A stretch of DNA of 55,731 bases, filler included, from Trichosphaerium sp. ATCC 40318 (lineage: Eukaryota; Protista; Tubulinea), in NCBI GenBank assembly GCA_038496445.1. It is 3 parts of 3 records of this genome, joined end to end, with 100 filler letters (N's around TTAATTAATTAA, not from the genome) between each part and the next. Parts side by side here need not be neighbours in the genome. Positions count along the whole stretch, not along the records: positions 1 to 13,562 come from JALMLS010000230.1; positions 13,663 to 41,708 come from JALMLS010000600.1; 1 more part is not named here. One strand, written 5' to 3'. The notes under the pieces were generated by a model. The model was not told the DNA's origin and ran no database searches. It saw nothing but the letters and a program-made list of their open reading frames with translations. The number at the start of each line of letters is the position of its first letter. Position 1 is the first letter of the stretch. Below are positions 12,720-25,013 of the stretch, piece by piece. A program made the position numbers and the translations under genes.

Positions 12720-13562
12720 ATGTACGTACTCTTGAATTCAACGTAATGAAACGGTTTTTTTGAACCAAGTGAAAAATCTTTTCAACTGTTCCTTTAAATT
12801 AATGAAAGGCAATCCTGCGGGTATGGTGGCGCACTTTTCAAGCGATGGGACCCTAGGTGAGCCAGGAAACGATGGTATACGAGTGTTCGGAGAAGACTTT
12901 AGTAGCCACGATGTTATTTCAGTAGGCGCTTGGGTGAACTTTGACAAGTACTAAATACGGCTGTTGTTCGAGCTTGACCTAATTTGTGTTTTTAGGGATT
13001 GTGATACGGATGGAGAAAAGCTTTATGGTATTTTCTCAACAAAACCTGCAGGAAGAAGCATTACGTATGGATTTCTTCTTTATGTTGGTCTTTACGAATC
13101 GGTCACATGCCCTCGCCGTCAACTCACATTCGAGACATTCTCCGATGACTACATAAAATACCCAAACACCTTCGATCCAAGTATTCACCCTCAGGTGCTT
13201 GAACAGTGGGTTACGTAACATTAGAACTAAGATTTCTGAAGCTTATAATTGTACAGGTTTATGTTTACTTTTCACGTGACTTGACAACAAAAGAGATAAC
13301 GATAAAGACTGTAGCAAATAATACAGTTCTTAAAAGTGCACATACTTTAATTCCTAGTTTACAACCATCAAGAAGAGTACATATTCTTTGCTAACTAATT
13401 CTTGTGATTGTTAACACGTTCTTTAATAGGGTTTCTTTACAATTGGCTGCTTGTCTTCGTTCGACCATAGTGTAGAATTTGGATTCTCAGTGCGTTGCAA
13501 CAAGGAATATGTTAAACATTTGAGTTCACATCTTTTAGGGTGACATTGATAACATGGGTATA
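12720..13562 (+). CDS. LamG/concanavalin-A-like domain protein, cut by contig end
   Basis: ISVGAWVNF, FTIG and GDIDNMGI follow the LamG pattern; spliced; start approximate. Confidence 0.5.
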
Positions 13563-13662
13563 NNNNNNNNNNNNNNNNNNNNNNNNNNNNNNNNNNNNNN
13601 NNNNNNTTAATTAATTAANNNNNNNNNNNNNNNNNNNNNNNNNNNNNNNNNNNNNNNNNNNN
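13563..13662. other. Artificial contig linker
   Basis: N44-TTAATTAATTAA-N44 (six-frame stop spacer). Confidence 0.97.
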
Positions 13663-16405
13663 TGTAATTATAAAGAAGCTGATGTACAGTTAAAAGATAC
13701 TACCGCAAGTTTTGCAGTAAATCACGCCTCAGGAGGTACGCAAGTTCTTTTTTTATTTTGCTTGGTTTTAGCTTATTGTTGTTTTTTTGAAAAGGCGAAG
13801 CTTTTTCATTGTCAATTGCGCTACATGATGCCTATGGATCTCAAAGTGCTATAAGTATGTATGATCCAATGTTCGATGCACAACCACCAAGTACTGATAC
13901 TGGTGTTGCTACAACTGAAGATTCAAGACCTGGTGCTGTATGTGAAGTCTATTTTACTTTAGTATATTGATTTTAATTTAGTTGATGATGACTTTATTCC
14001 CTCAAGTGTCAACTGACGATGAACCTCTAACTGAAATGATATTTTTACTTGACAGGTACATTTCATTTTGTTTATTCTCTTTAATAATCCTCGTTAGGAG
14101 TGGTAGTATGGCTGGTAGCCGTATAAAGAGAGCTAAGAGTCTCTTACAGTTATTTCTTCGGTCGTTGCCTGTTGGAACACGCTTCAATGGTATGATGCTC
14201 TTTCAGCAGTTCTTATCATTTAGGATTTTTTACTTATTTTTGTCAGTCTTTGGTTTCGGAAATACATACGAGAAGATGTTTTTCGAGAGTACTGAGTTTA
14301 ATGATCAGACACTACAAGATGCTACCCTACAGATTCAAGGCATTCAAGGTGATATTTTTTTTTGCAAAAGTAGACAAGAGTTTAGTATGTTAATATTGTT
14401 CTTTTAGCAAACCTACAAGGGACTGATATATTACCTCCTCTTAAAGATATTTTTAGTGTTCCTGCTGATCCTGAGTATCCACGACAAATATTTTGTCTTG
14501 TGCGAGGATAGTGGTGTTATTGTTTTATTTATTGTACTCTTAGACTGATGGAGAAGTATCTAATACTAGTCAAGTTCTTCAGTTTGTTAGAGAAAACGCT
14601 GGGTTTGCTCGGATTTTCACATTTGGTATTGGATGTGATGCTTCTGTTCCTTTAGTCAGAGGTCTTGCACGTTGTAGTGGAGGAAAGTATGAATTAGTTA
14701 AATCAGACGCTGTCATGGAATCAGCAGTTATGAGGCAACTGAGTAGGAGTCTGCAACCTGTTTTAAAAAATGTACGCCGAGATCTCATTTTTTTTGTTGG
14801 ATGTTTATTGATGGTACTAGGTATGTCTTGACTGGGGTAAAGTACCAGTATTAAAGAGACCAATACCGCTTTCTCTTGCACCAATATTTGTAAAGAAAAG
14901 CTTGTAGTCCACGCGTTTTGTAAAGCTGAAGATATTCAAGAGACGAGCATTAATATTACTGGAACTACTGGTGCTGATGATCATAAATTTTCTATTCCTG
15001 GTAAGTAATATTGCTTGAAGTTTAATCTCAGCTAACACTTTATTTGTTGTTAGTGTCTAAATCTTGCTCTGTTGTTTCTGGAGCTATGTTACATAGGTTG
15101 GCTGCATCATCTCTTATTACAGATTTAGAGAGTAAAGGAGAGCAATACAAACAACGTATTATTGATATTGCATTAAGGTACTACAAGAAGAAATTGACCG
15201 ATTTTTTGTGACTAAGACGTTGCATGGTCGTTGATTTTCCACTGCATGTGTTACCACAATCTGACTTCTATATCTTAGATGGAATATTCTGTCAAGGTAT
15301 ACTACCTTTGTTGCTATAGAGGAGCGACAAAGTGAATCTGCGGTAAGTACTTTTTTTTATTTTGAATTTTTTGTGCTTGAATGTACCTTTCTTACCTTTC
15401 CTTAGACTGGGGTATTAGAGACTGTTGATATAAATGATGATGCCAAGAAGTCTCGGATCTTACTTTCTGAACAGTTCCAAGCAAGGTTAATTCAAGAGCG
15501 TATGGAACTTAAACGCAAGGAGAAAACAGTAAAGGATCGTATTGCTACAGGTATTGTTACAAGCGTTTATTGATATTCGCTGGTTGTCGTTTAGTTGATC
15601 TTCTATCTAGAGCGTGACTTACCTTATAAACCGTTTATGTCCAACCATCAAAATAGACTAGAACCTCAAATGCTTGTAGTCAGGGAGTACGATTCTTTTT
15701 TTTTTTCTCTTTTTTTTTTATTGAAACAAGAAGTTCGGTTTGTTTTTTGACATTATTTTTGTAGGAGTTCTAGTAGTGGTGTTACACAAGTAAAAAAATC
15801 TGCTTCGTTTACAAATATGATGCCTGAATTACCACATACACCAGTGGCTGTATCACAGTCTGCTCATCTAGAGCAATTTGATACTTGTGAAAGTGATACA
15901 GATTCCGGCTGGAGTTCAGCTGGTACTAGTGACACGTTAAATGAAGATGTCTCTTCTAGTACTTCTATATTATCTAGAAGAGTATACAAGCTTATAGCAA
16001 CACCAACAAGAGGTACATCAAGCATGAAAACCACCTGTTTACTGATTGTTTAAAGCGAGCACTCAAAGTCCATTTGACAACTTTGTTCTCCTTCAAAATG
16101 CTGATGGAAGTTTCTCTCTCTGTCTTGAGTTTGCACAGCAACTTGGGTGTGAAATTAGTACTATAAAGAGTGCAATGCCTAAGGAGTTGATGAAAGAAGA
16201 GCTTGGTATATCTATATGGGTTACTGTTCTTGGCATTGTGTTGTTGTCCTTAAAATTCTCAGAAAAAAAAGGGTTGTGGGATTTACTAAGTAGAAAGTCA
16301 GAGAAGTTTGTTACTAAGGCACTATTAATATGCCCTAACGCTAACAAAGAGTCAATACTTGAGGAAGCAAGGACTTTTTTAAGTTCAAAATTTCCTTGTA
16401 AGTAA
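13663..16405 (+). CDS. vWA domain protein (VWA5A / VIT-vWA family), 5' truncated, multi-exon
   Basis: EMIFLLDRSGSM (MIDAS), LFLRSLP, GTDILPPL, TDGEVSN, RIFTFGIG, YTTFVAIEER, LQNADGSF, IWVTVLGI. Confidence 0.88.
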
Positions 16406-16482
16406 AAAAGAAAGACTCGAGCAAAAACGTCATTAACGTTGTTCACAAGATAAAATAAACAAAAAAACCTTCAACCAATAGT

Positions 16483-17654
16483 TTATTTTATTTTACTCCA
16501 CTGTCTTTTTTGTTTGGGCTTGGTATGGTTGTACTCTTCTGATCTACTAGTAATTTGTTGTGGCAACTTTTTGTATTTTGTAAAAAGCTGTTATTTTGGT
16601 TTTTTCCTATATTTTGCCATAATTTTAGAGACCAATAACTCAAAGGCTTCTGTCACTACAAAATCAAATTATTAAACTAGTTCATGCATAGGTAACTTCA
16701 TACCATTTGTTGAGTTTTTAGCTGATGTTTCTATGAACGACATCTCTAAACCGTCAGCTACCTCCTGAAAAAAGTTGGTATGAGTTTTAAGTAAGCAAGT
16801 TTTAAACAAATGAAAACACTATGTTGCCAATTATTAGACATTGTTTACCTTGGCAGTATCATAACCAATAACACGGTTTGCTGTTAGATCGCATTTAGTT
16901 CCGACAAGTATAGTTTGTGCGTCTTCTCTCCCATATCTTTGAATCTCTTGCAGCCAATTCCACATACTGTAATGAAAAGATTCACGGCGTGTTATGTCAA
17001 ACAATAACAAAATGCCATGATAACCTCTATAGGGAGTGTGGGCGTTAATCATTTGGGATGGACGGCCTAAATATACATTATGATAAAGGATAGTGTTGTA
17101 GAGAAGCATACTTTGATTCGCGCAAACATGTAGCCTAATCTTTTCACCCTTTATATTGATTTCTTTTATACTTATCTAAATGTAGCAGTTAGCGATTGCA
17201 TTAAAAATCAATTGATAGTTTTAACACGTGTTTTTTTGTCTGAGCAAACAGCAGTGGAAAGTTGTTTTGCGCTTGTCATTGCGTACTTTTTCTTCACCTT
17301 TGGAGTCATTGCGTACTTTTTCTTCACCTTCGGGGTACTGATTTGTATAGGTGTCATCAACGAACCTATGTACAAGGCTACGTTTCCCAACACCACGATT
17401 TCCAATCAGTGCTATGTTGAAATCGCTTTGGCTAACAAGAAGTGGCAGTAAATAGAAATACACATGAAATGAGTGTCTTACTATTCTTTTAGAGGCTCTG
17501 TATGGTCGCGGGATACGTAACCTGTTATTTAATCAAAATCGACAGGTAACAACCGATCGTCAATAAACGAACAATAGAAGAGAAGAGAAATTCAGTTTTA
17601 GCTACCTGGAGTTTTAGTTGTGGGTTTTGCTTCTTTACTGCTTTTATCGCCCAT
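16483..17654 (-). CDS. Atypical Rab/Ras-family small GTPase, multi-exon
   Basis: G1 GNRGVGKRS, YRGYHGILLLFDIT, G4 GTKCD, G5 ETSAK; G3 reads HVCANQ instead of WDTAGQ; basic tail with no Cys. Confidence 0.85.
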
Positions 17655-18018
17655 ATCTCTGCTAATTATAGGCAACGCAGTAGGTGTCTTTCAAGGGTAG
17701 GCTGAGAGAAGTGAGCAAACAAATAAAGCTTTTCGGGTTAGCGAAATTTTTTAAATGAACACGTGACGCGATACAAGCCCACACGAAATCCAATCAAATA
17801 AATGTGTATTTAGAGGTGGCGACAAAAAGCTCCAAAACCCAAATCAAATTTGTGTTTATGACACCATGATCATGTGCTTTTCAAATAAGCTGGGTAAACG
17901 ATTAGCGAAAACCAGATACATGACAGGAAGCTCACAATAGATACGTACTCTAGCAAGGCACTTGGTATTAACTCTCACAACATCAACTGGTGTTATAACA
18001 TGAAAACCTCATAGAAAA

Positions 18019-18774
18019 TATTGTCTGTGTCATTCAAGTTTTACTAATATTTTCTAGAAAGTAGCACTTTTAGCAGATCTAGCAAAAATTGACACTTCTG
18101 TCAAATGATGTAGATCTATCACAATGTGAACTATTTACGTTACTATGTTGTCCTTCATAGTGTGACTTACGTACCTTAAGTAATAACAAACTTTTCGATG
18201 TCAGTTTCAATAGATGGAAGATGATCTCAGTATTTTACCTACGCAAACTGTACACGGTACGATCAAACCACAGAAGTGCTCATGAGCTAGAAATCGAATT
18301 AAAAAGGTATGATGTCCTACAAAGCTATCGCATTACTGCCAAACACGGTATGAATGCCTCAAACACTATTTGCAGTATGTTTTGCTTCAAAAAATCAACG
18401 TACATGTATAACTTACTAGCGCTACGCTAGCGCCTACCACGCTAACAGAAGTGCCATGGTAGCATCCAAATAGCAATGAAGGTTTAACAAAGTCAAAACC
18501 GCCCCAAAACACCACCAGTGTTGCTGTAGGCTTTGTAAATGCTGCTAGGTGTCAAAATATGTAAATAAAAAATTTGCTATGAGGTTTGTTAAATCACGTG
18601 GGTTTGAAACGGTGGATTCACTCGACAGGCGTGAGGGTAGCTCACATTTAAAAAATTACAATTTGCAAGATCTGCCAGAAGTGTCAAATCCGTCAGATCT
18701 GACAGATCGGGCAGAAACTGGATTTTTTTTGCTAAAAGTCAGTCTGTCTCAAAACCTGAATGAAACAGACAATA
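18019..18774. mobile_element. Non-autonomous TIR element (TATTGTC family), copy A
   Basis: TATTGTCTGTGTCATTCAAGTTT ... AAACCTGAATGAAACAGACAATA inverted termini, with subterminal AGATCT/CTGACAGA motifs. Confidence 0.75.
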
Positions 18775-18861
18775 GTTCACAAAGTTGTAGGGTACCAGCT
18801 TTCAAACATCCGGTATTGAGGATGCTGTATAATACTTTATTTTTTAAGCTTGTTGTAAAGG

Positions 18862-18974
18862 AGAAGCTTTTTCATTGTCAATTGCGCCATGATGCTAATG
18901 AATCTCAAAGTGCAATGTACGATCCAATGTTCGATGCACAACCACCAAGTACTGATACTGGTGTTGCTACAACT
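18862..18974 (+). repeat. Duplicated fragment of the vWA gene (copy of ~13797-13916)
   Basis: GAAGCTTTTTCATTGTCAATTGCG and GATCCAATGTTCGATGCACAACCACCAAGTACTGATACTGGTGTTGCTACAACT occur at both sites. Confidence 0.9.
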
Positions 18975-19025
18975 AACCAAAAAAACATGACTCCACAAGT
19001 GTATCTGAGTTTATTTTTATGTTGT

Positions 19026-19537
19026 TTATTGCTTACTGCTCTTTTTTTTTGTTTTTTTTTTTTTTTTGGTACGATTGGATCCACTTGTGCTTTGTTCCGA
19101 CTCGTTATTCTGATTTTGCTCTTCTTGCTTTTTCACAATGTTTGCCATAATTTTAGATGACAATAATTCAATGGCTTCTGTCACTACAAAATCAAATTAT
19201 TAAACTAGTTCATGCGTAGATAAAGATCATACCATTTATTGAGTCCTTGGATGATGTCTCTAAGAACTCCATCTTGTGAGTATCAGCAAACGCCTGAAAC
19301 AGTTTGTGAGTGTTAAACAAAATGAAAACACAGATGATGCCAAGTATTACTGAGTTTGTTTACCTTGGCAGTATCAGTATCAATAACACGGCGATCTGTT
19401 AGATCGCATTTAGTTCCCACAAGTATTTTTTGGAGGTCGTCTCCCGCATATCTTTCAAGCTCATTCATCCACTTGACCAAATCATCAAAAGTCTCTTGGC
19501 GTGTTATGTCGTAAGTTATCATAACACCATGATAAAC
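19026..19537 (-). pseudogene. 5'-truncated paralog of the Rab-like GTPase
   Basis: YHGVMITYDITRQETF, GTKCD, ETSSK; same intron positions and near-identical last intron; G1-G3 exons absent. Confidence 0.75.
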
Positions 19538-20521
19538 TAGCGATGTTCCAAACGAATAGAATACCGAATCTATCTCCAGTTGAAAACCGTTTGCTTAACC
19601 TGTTTTTAAATGAACACGTGACGTAATAACCGCCCATACGATAGCCAAATCAAGTGAATGTTTCTATTAAGAGGTGGCGACAATATATGTTTTGGATAAT
19701 TTGAAAAGTGGTATTACTGTTCCACAAATGCCTAATGAAAAAAAGACTACTGCACCAATCTAAGTTTTCGTTAATAAATAAGCTGACCTCCAAAAACCGA
19801 AATAAATATGCTTTGGAGCGCATCTAAAAAGAAATACGTGCGATGTTGGAATGTCAAACCATATTAACAAAACGACGTTGGTTAATCGAAGACCTTTTTT
19901 GAACATAGCAATTCTTTAACGCATGTACCTAATTTATACATGAATATAACAAATATTTCTTAACTTGTTCACATTTTCACATGCAACCCAAATTTTAAAT
20001 TGTTTTGAGTTGAAACGTGACGTAATAAACCCATACCAGCCAATTCTGAACTTCTATTGGCGATACATATGGTTTTGGATATTTGAAAAGTGGTCAGTAT
20101 AAGCTGACATGACCTCCAAAAAAATTATTTATTGCACAAGATTGCAAGTATAGTCAATAAGGTTGGTTTGTTTTGGTAATCGAAAAAATTTTTGAAAACA
20201 CCTCCCGTTGCAGGAAAATTCAAACATGAATAAAAACATGATTCAGCGTACGTTGCCCATTTATCCCATGCTAACTATAGTTCCACATTTTCGGTAAACC
20301 CTTTGGCGATTCTCAATCTTTTGCCAATTTTTTAATAGCTATTTATTTATGTAGTTTTAGTCAATAATGGTTTGTTTATTGGTAATCATGATGGCCGCCT
20401 CCTCTGCATTTTACTTGGTCAACTAAGGATGTCTTCAACCTTCTTAGCCATCCCATGAGTTTTGCAACTTTAAGTCATCACTTAAGTAACAGTCCCAATT
20501 ACAACTTACAATTCAACGCAA

Positions 20522-23158
20522 ATGGGTACTACATGGGCAAGCAGTGTTCGCACTCAAGAGTATGACATCGTAATAGATATTGATGATGTGTCAAAAGGTG
20601 ACGTACCTTACGCTACCTTTTTGGCAGTTATTGTAGTTAAAACTGTGAAGGGCACCTTGGATGGCCAATATTTGTTTCTAAACGAATATTTGAGAAGCAA
20701 CGTCAAATAATAACAGCAGAGTACACCGAAGAAGGCAAGCACAAATACAACACCTGAGCGTACTGTTTAACTGTAGATTGATTAACACTGTTAAAAGGTA
20801 GCGAACAGTTTCATGACGCTGTAGACCACATAGGGGAAGTACTAAAACAGCTGGAAGACTCATTAGGATACCCTAACATGGTATGGTCACTACAGTTGGA
20901 GTTGACCCATATTTTCATAAAAAGATCAATTTTTAGTTCTTTCATAACTCGTACCCTAAACCATTTCCATACCGCATACCAAAATATTTCCAAGCCTCAC
21001 GCCAATGGCTACGGATTGATCTTTTTTGTTCTTAACACGGGCCAACTCCGTTGTCCCACGTGTGAACCGCTAGCCACAAAAAAACACTCTATTTCAGAGT
21101 TTTGGGACCTTATGAGAAGTTAAATTATAATTTGAGCTGACGTGGCAAAGGTTTCTGTTTCAGGGCTCTTCAACAAAGGGAAAACGTTCCTTACGAACAA
21201 ACTCGCGCAAGCAGACTTGCCAGCAGACAGGAAGGTAAACACAAAAGGCCTGAGCTTTGTTATTGGTAAAGGAAAGCTAAAAGACACTCTGTTTATTGAT
21301 ACTGCCGGAACAAACTCGCCCTTACAAGACTGTACGGTTGTTATTTAGCTTTAAAAACGTCTCATTTATGTGTTTAACTTTCTTCTAGTTGCGTCTTCGG
21401 AGACTAAGCTTGTAAACAAGAAAGCTACTGAGATGTTTCTAAAAGACCTTGTCTTTTGTCTATCAGACGCTATAATGGTCGTAGTAAATGACCTAACTTG
21501 GATGGAACAGCAACATATTGAATTAATTTACCGTCACGCAAGAATATCAGATTTAGTTGAAAAGCAAACGATGCCAATCTATGTAGTGCATAACTACGTA
21601 AATGTCGAAACCGACTCTGACCTATTGGTTATGTGGAAGGTATTTTTCTATTTGATAAAATACAAAATATACCGTTTTCTCTTTTCTATTTGCTCTTTGC
21701 CCACGTGTAAGGTAGACACTCTTTTCCTCGCTAGTGCTCTGTATGCGGCCTTTGCTTTAGCAAAAAAAGCTCGAGGTTACGGCACGCCATAAGCAGAAAA
21801 AAAACCAAATCACGTGATTTTGAAAAGATTGTAAAACCACAAAAACGAAACGTCAAGAAAAATGTCGACAACCAATAGCCGCGTTTACCAACATTTTTTT
21901 AAGAGCTTACTTCGAGCCTATGGACGGAATAGTACTAGTATTTGTGAGTATCCAGTTGAAGGAAGGAAAACTCCTCTTCACTATTTGACTACACATAACA
22001 AAGGGGTTACACACGTTTTTCTCGCAAAAGAAGGATCTAAAGCTGGGGAATGGAATAAGTATGTTATTGAATTCCTTCGTAATAGATTAGAATCTGTAAA
22101 GAGAGATAAGAGAATGAAATTGCTCGAGCAAATAACAAAGTATACGGAGGTAACCCTCAGAACATTCTGCAAAAACGCAATAGACTCTTATAGCTTGTTT
22201 AATTGATATTGATAAACTAATTAAGTACTAGGTATCCGGTGTAGAGATTATTCCAAGACCAGATGCGATGAAGGATGAATACAACAACAATCAAATAGTA
22301 CAACTTTTTTTTACCAACTTGCAGCTAACCACTTTGTCAGGTGTCTCTTGCTAAAATCGCAAAGACGGCAGATGCAGAAATAGACCCTAACGATTGGAGG
22401 ACCTACCCTGAGACTAGTGAAGTAGAACAAAAAGCACTCAGAAAGGTGATTAAAATACTGCTGGATGTTGTATTTCTCGCAGCTAAACGTTCTTTAGAGT
22501 GCTAGCTTTCTACTGAAAGTCAAAAATAAACTCGAATTATCATCTTACGAAGTCAAGTTCGATGGATACAACATCACCCTAGCAGAGGGACCATGGATTC
22601 CAAAGGTAGGAGAAAAACACTTTAAACTAATCTTGTGCCAAAACTTAGAAGTACTAATATTGTTTTAGTGTACTGTTCTTCATGTCAACGGCGACACAAC
22701 AACTACGGAACAAGTTCAAGGCGTCCCTAAGCAAATGGTGGTCGTTTTGGATCTACCAGGTGTTTCACATGTAACAAATCTAAATGATGTACAACGCGGA
22801 GGAACTATCGAAGCAAAGATAGAAGTACAAAGCTCCTTACTTACATACATCCTCACTTTTCTTTGAATAGCTTAGAAACCATGGTCCTCAGCTTAAAATC
22901 ACCGGTAACCGCCTTCTAAACTTTCGAGGCCACGCATCGGAAGGTAAACTGTTCCCGCCACGTGACTACAAATATACAACAAAGGAAGAACGTGGCCAGT
23001 CCGAGTTCGAAAGAATCTTTGATATTAACGGAGCTGAATATACTACAAACAAGACCCCTTATGTATATCAGAGTAACGGACTTGCGTATGTATGCATAAT
23101 GGGAAGGGAGCCAACAGAGTCATCAAAAACAACACAACTAGTAGATGATGCGTTCTGA
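20522..23158 (+). CDS. P-loop GTPase with C-terminal HSP20/alpha-crystallin-like domain, multi-exon
   Basis: G1 GLFNKGKT, G2 NTKGLSF, G3 DTAG, VVHN; C-terminal VVVLDLPGV..LKITGNR..EFERIF..NGLAYVCI. Confidence 0.7.
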
Positions 23159-23466
23159 AAAACCTCAGCTACTTCGTTGCAAAGAGACCTACCCATTTCT
23201 ACTTCCCTCTGTTGTTAAGATCACGTAAAAGTAATAAACCATGCTTTGCAAAGCGTAACTGTTAAGTGAATCGTAGTCAAAGGTTTTGATCCAATTCTAT
23301 TCAAATTGTTCGTTTTTCCTTTAGAAAACTCGCTTTTTTTCTCTAACCAAGTTGGAAGATTGCATATATTAGGTACACTGTACATTGGTACTTTCAAGGT
23401 AAAATAGACAATGTGCAAACAAGGTCAACGTGACTGTTGTTTCAAAATTGATTTACACAGACACCA

Positions 23467-24201
23467 ATGGCAACTTGTAGACGTAAGACGGCGGGGTTAA
23501 AGCCTTCGCGTATGGCAACCATGTACAATGATATTGTGCCTGAAATCTCTGCAAGGCGAATGCAAGAAATGCCCGCTGCTGCAAGTGCCGTAAATCCTAT
23601 ATTCAACGGCCTTTCCGCACGTAAAATGCAGACGATACAGCAAAACAACCCAGCAACAAATAGCCGCAGACGAAACAGCCCACAGGCGCCTAAGGCAACA
23701 AAATATGAACCTACTGTTACTTCTTACAATTTAACGAACAAGTACGTTTTTCTTTAAAATCACTTTAGCGTTGGCTCTTGAGTATTCGTATGATTATCGT
23801 CTCAGTTTAGAATTAATTAACGCTTGTACAGACAAACAAGGATAAATCCCGCTGAATACGCGCCAGTTGATTTCACCAAGCAACAATCCGAGTATACAAC
23901 TACTTTTTAAGATAAAGTCTCTTAACCTTGTTGACACGTAATAGTTTCAGCCCTATTCTTATCGCAGATGATGAACAGATTACTAGAGAACTCAAAGGTT
24001 TGTCTAATTTGCTTGAGGCTGGCTTTATAACACCAAACGAGTACAACAAACGTAGAAAATGTTTGTTGGTGTCACAAAAGTTGACATCTGACCGTTTGTA
24101 CATGGTATGACGAGACAACATTTGTTTTTTTATGTTTTAGAGTTCAACAAACTAAATCCGTTTGTGACAAGGTTTTCCAACCTCGATGGGAATGGATGTG
24201 A
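23467..24201 (+). CDS. Small spliced protein with SHOCT-like motif (may be partial)
   Basis: ELKGLSNLLEAGFITPNEYNKRR fits the SHOCT pattern; end uncertain. Confidence 0.45.
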
Positions 24202-25013
24202 TTAGAGTGACAAAGAAATGTAGAATAAACTGATAACAAAATACAAATTTGGAGTTACTGTTATTTTACACTGAGCGCAATAAGGAGGAGTATTAGATGG
24301 TAGTCACTGTCTGATAAATGCTGTGCAGTACAACAAGCTGTTATCATGTATCCCATAATGAATTAGTACCTACACTTTTTGGAGGTGAAACAAGTAGTAG
24401 GACTATTGGGAGACCACTATACCCATAAGTGAATTGATTACTGTTGCAATCTATTTTCCCTTTGAATTTTTCGCCTCACGTAACATACTCTGGGAACAGA
24501 GCCAGTAGATGTTGCTCAACCAACAGCTTAAACTCAATTGAGTGGTTTATAGTATTGTTGTGAATCTTCAATCCAAACCAATATCTCTTACTACCAACCA
24601 ATTCTGTGGAATCACCGGGAGATATACTTACTTTTTTCTTCACGTGGCAGGGGAGATATAACATATACTTGCTGTTGTTGATGATTTAGACACAAAGTGC
24701 ACTGTGACAATTGAATGCTCGTATTGAGGCAGTGCTAAAATACACAACAAGTGCGCTTGATATTCACTTGACACTTTTGCTGAATACAAGATATTGCAAA
24801 CTTACACCAGAAAATTGTGAGAATCAATTAACAAACTCTTTTTTTATTTTTTACTATTTTGTAATTGGTTTAAGCTCAATAATGGAAGTTTGGACATTAT
24901 GACTATCCAATGAATGCAAGTTATGAACATGATTATTTGAGTGTAGATTCAAACATTGAATTGGATGTATATTTCAGTGATGAAGAATGTACAATTGAAT
25001 TAAAACTTATTAT

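Noticed and set aside
13563-13662. LamG-vWA fusion gene, or a biological TTAATTAATTAA motif
   Set aside because: Artificial linker; the two sides need not be adjacent.
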